From contig NC_043002.1 in assembly GCF_006345805.1 (NCBI RefSeq), forward strand, positions 76,446,001-76,510,000: 64,000 nt of DNA, written 5' to 3'. Below are positions 63,931 to 64,000 of this stretch, in pieces; positions within the stretch are counted from its first letter, which is position 1; every line of letters begins with the position of its first letter. Under the pieces are notes generated by a model. It had not been told where the DNA came from. It worked only from the letters and a program-made list of their open reading frames with translations, and did not search any database. Source of the DNA: Octopus sinensis. Lineage: Eukaryota. The translations under genes were made by a program, and so were the position numbers.

Positions 63931-64000
63931 TACAAAAAGACAAACATGCACACATACACACACACACACATGCACAGACACTCGCACGCACGAACACGCA

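Overview
Eukaryotic, AT-rich, repeat-saturated DNA. The SINE families and microsatellite load point to a coleoid cephalopod, most likely Octopus (inference). I recognise no host protein-coding exon, rRNA, true tRNA gene or CRISPR array; nearly all ORFs in the track are microsatellite translations. Main contents: (1) a ~5-kb Tx1/L1-clade LINE (ORF1 with CCHC knuckle; ORF2 APE-RT-zinc finger broken by four frameshifts, no nonsense codons) plus two 5'-truncated copies of its 3' end, all three ending directly in (TATC)n; (2) many Penelope-like element (PLE) remnants, mostly inside (TA)n, with three GIY-YIG fragments, inverted terminal repeats and at least 12 minimal hammerhead ribozyme motifs; these include one with a fully canonical core, one family with U at core position 6, and one lying just downstream of a tRNA-like Pol III head; (3) four tRNA-derived SINE types with swapped heads and tails; (4) CR1/L2, RTE and R4-like LINE relics, three Helitrons, Tc1/mariner relics and a MULE-like foldback element nested in a SINE. 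All annotation is by eye, boundaries are approximate, and family names come from recalled motifs, not database searches.
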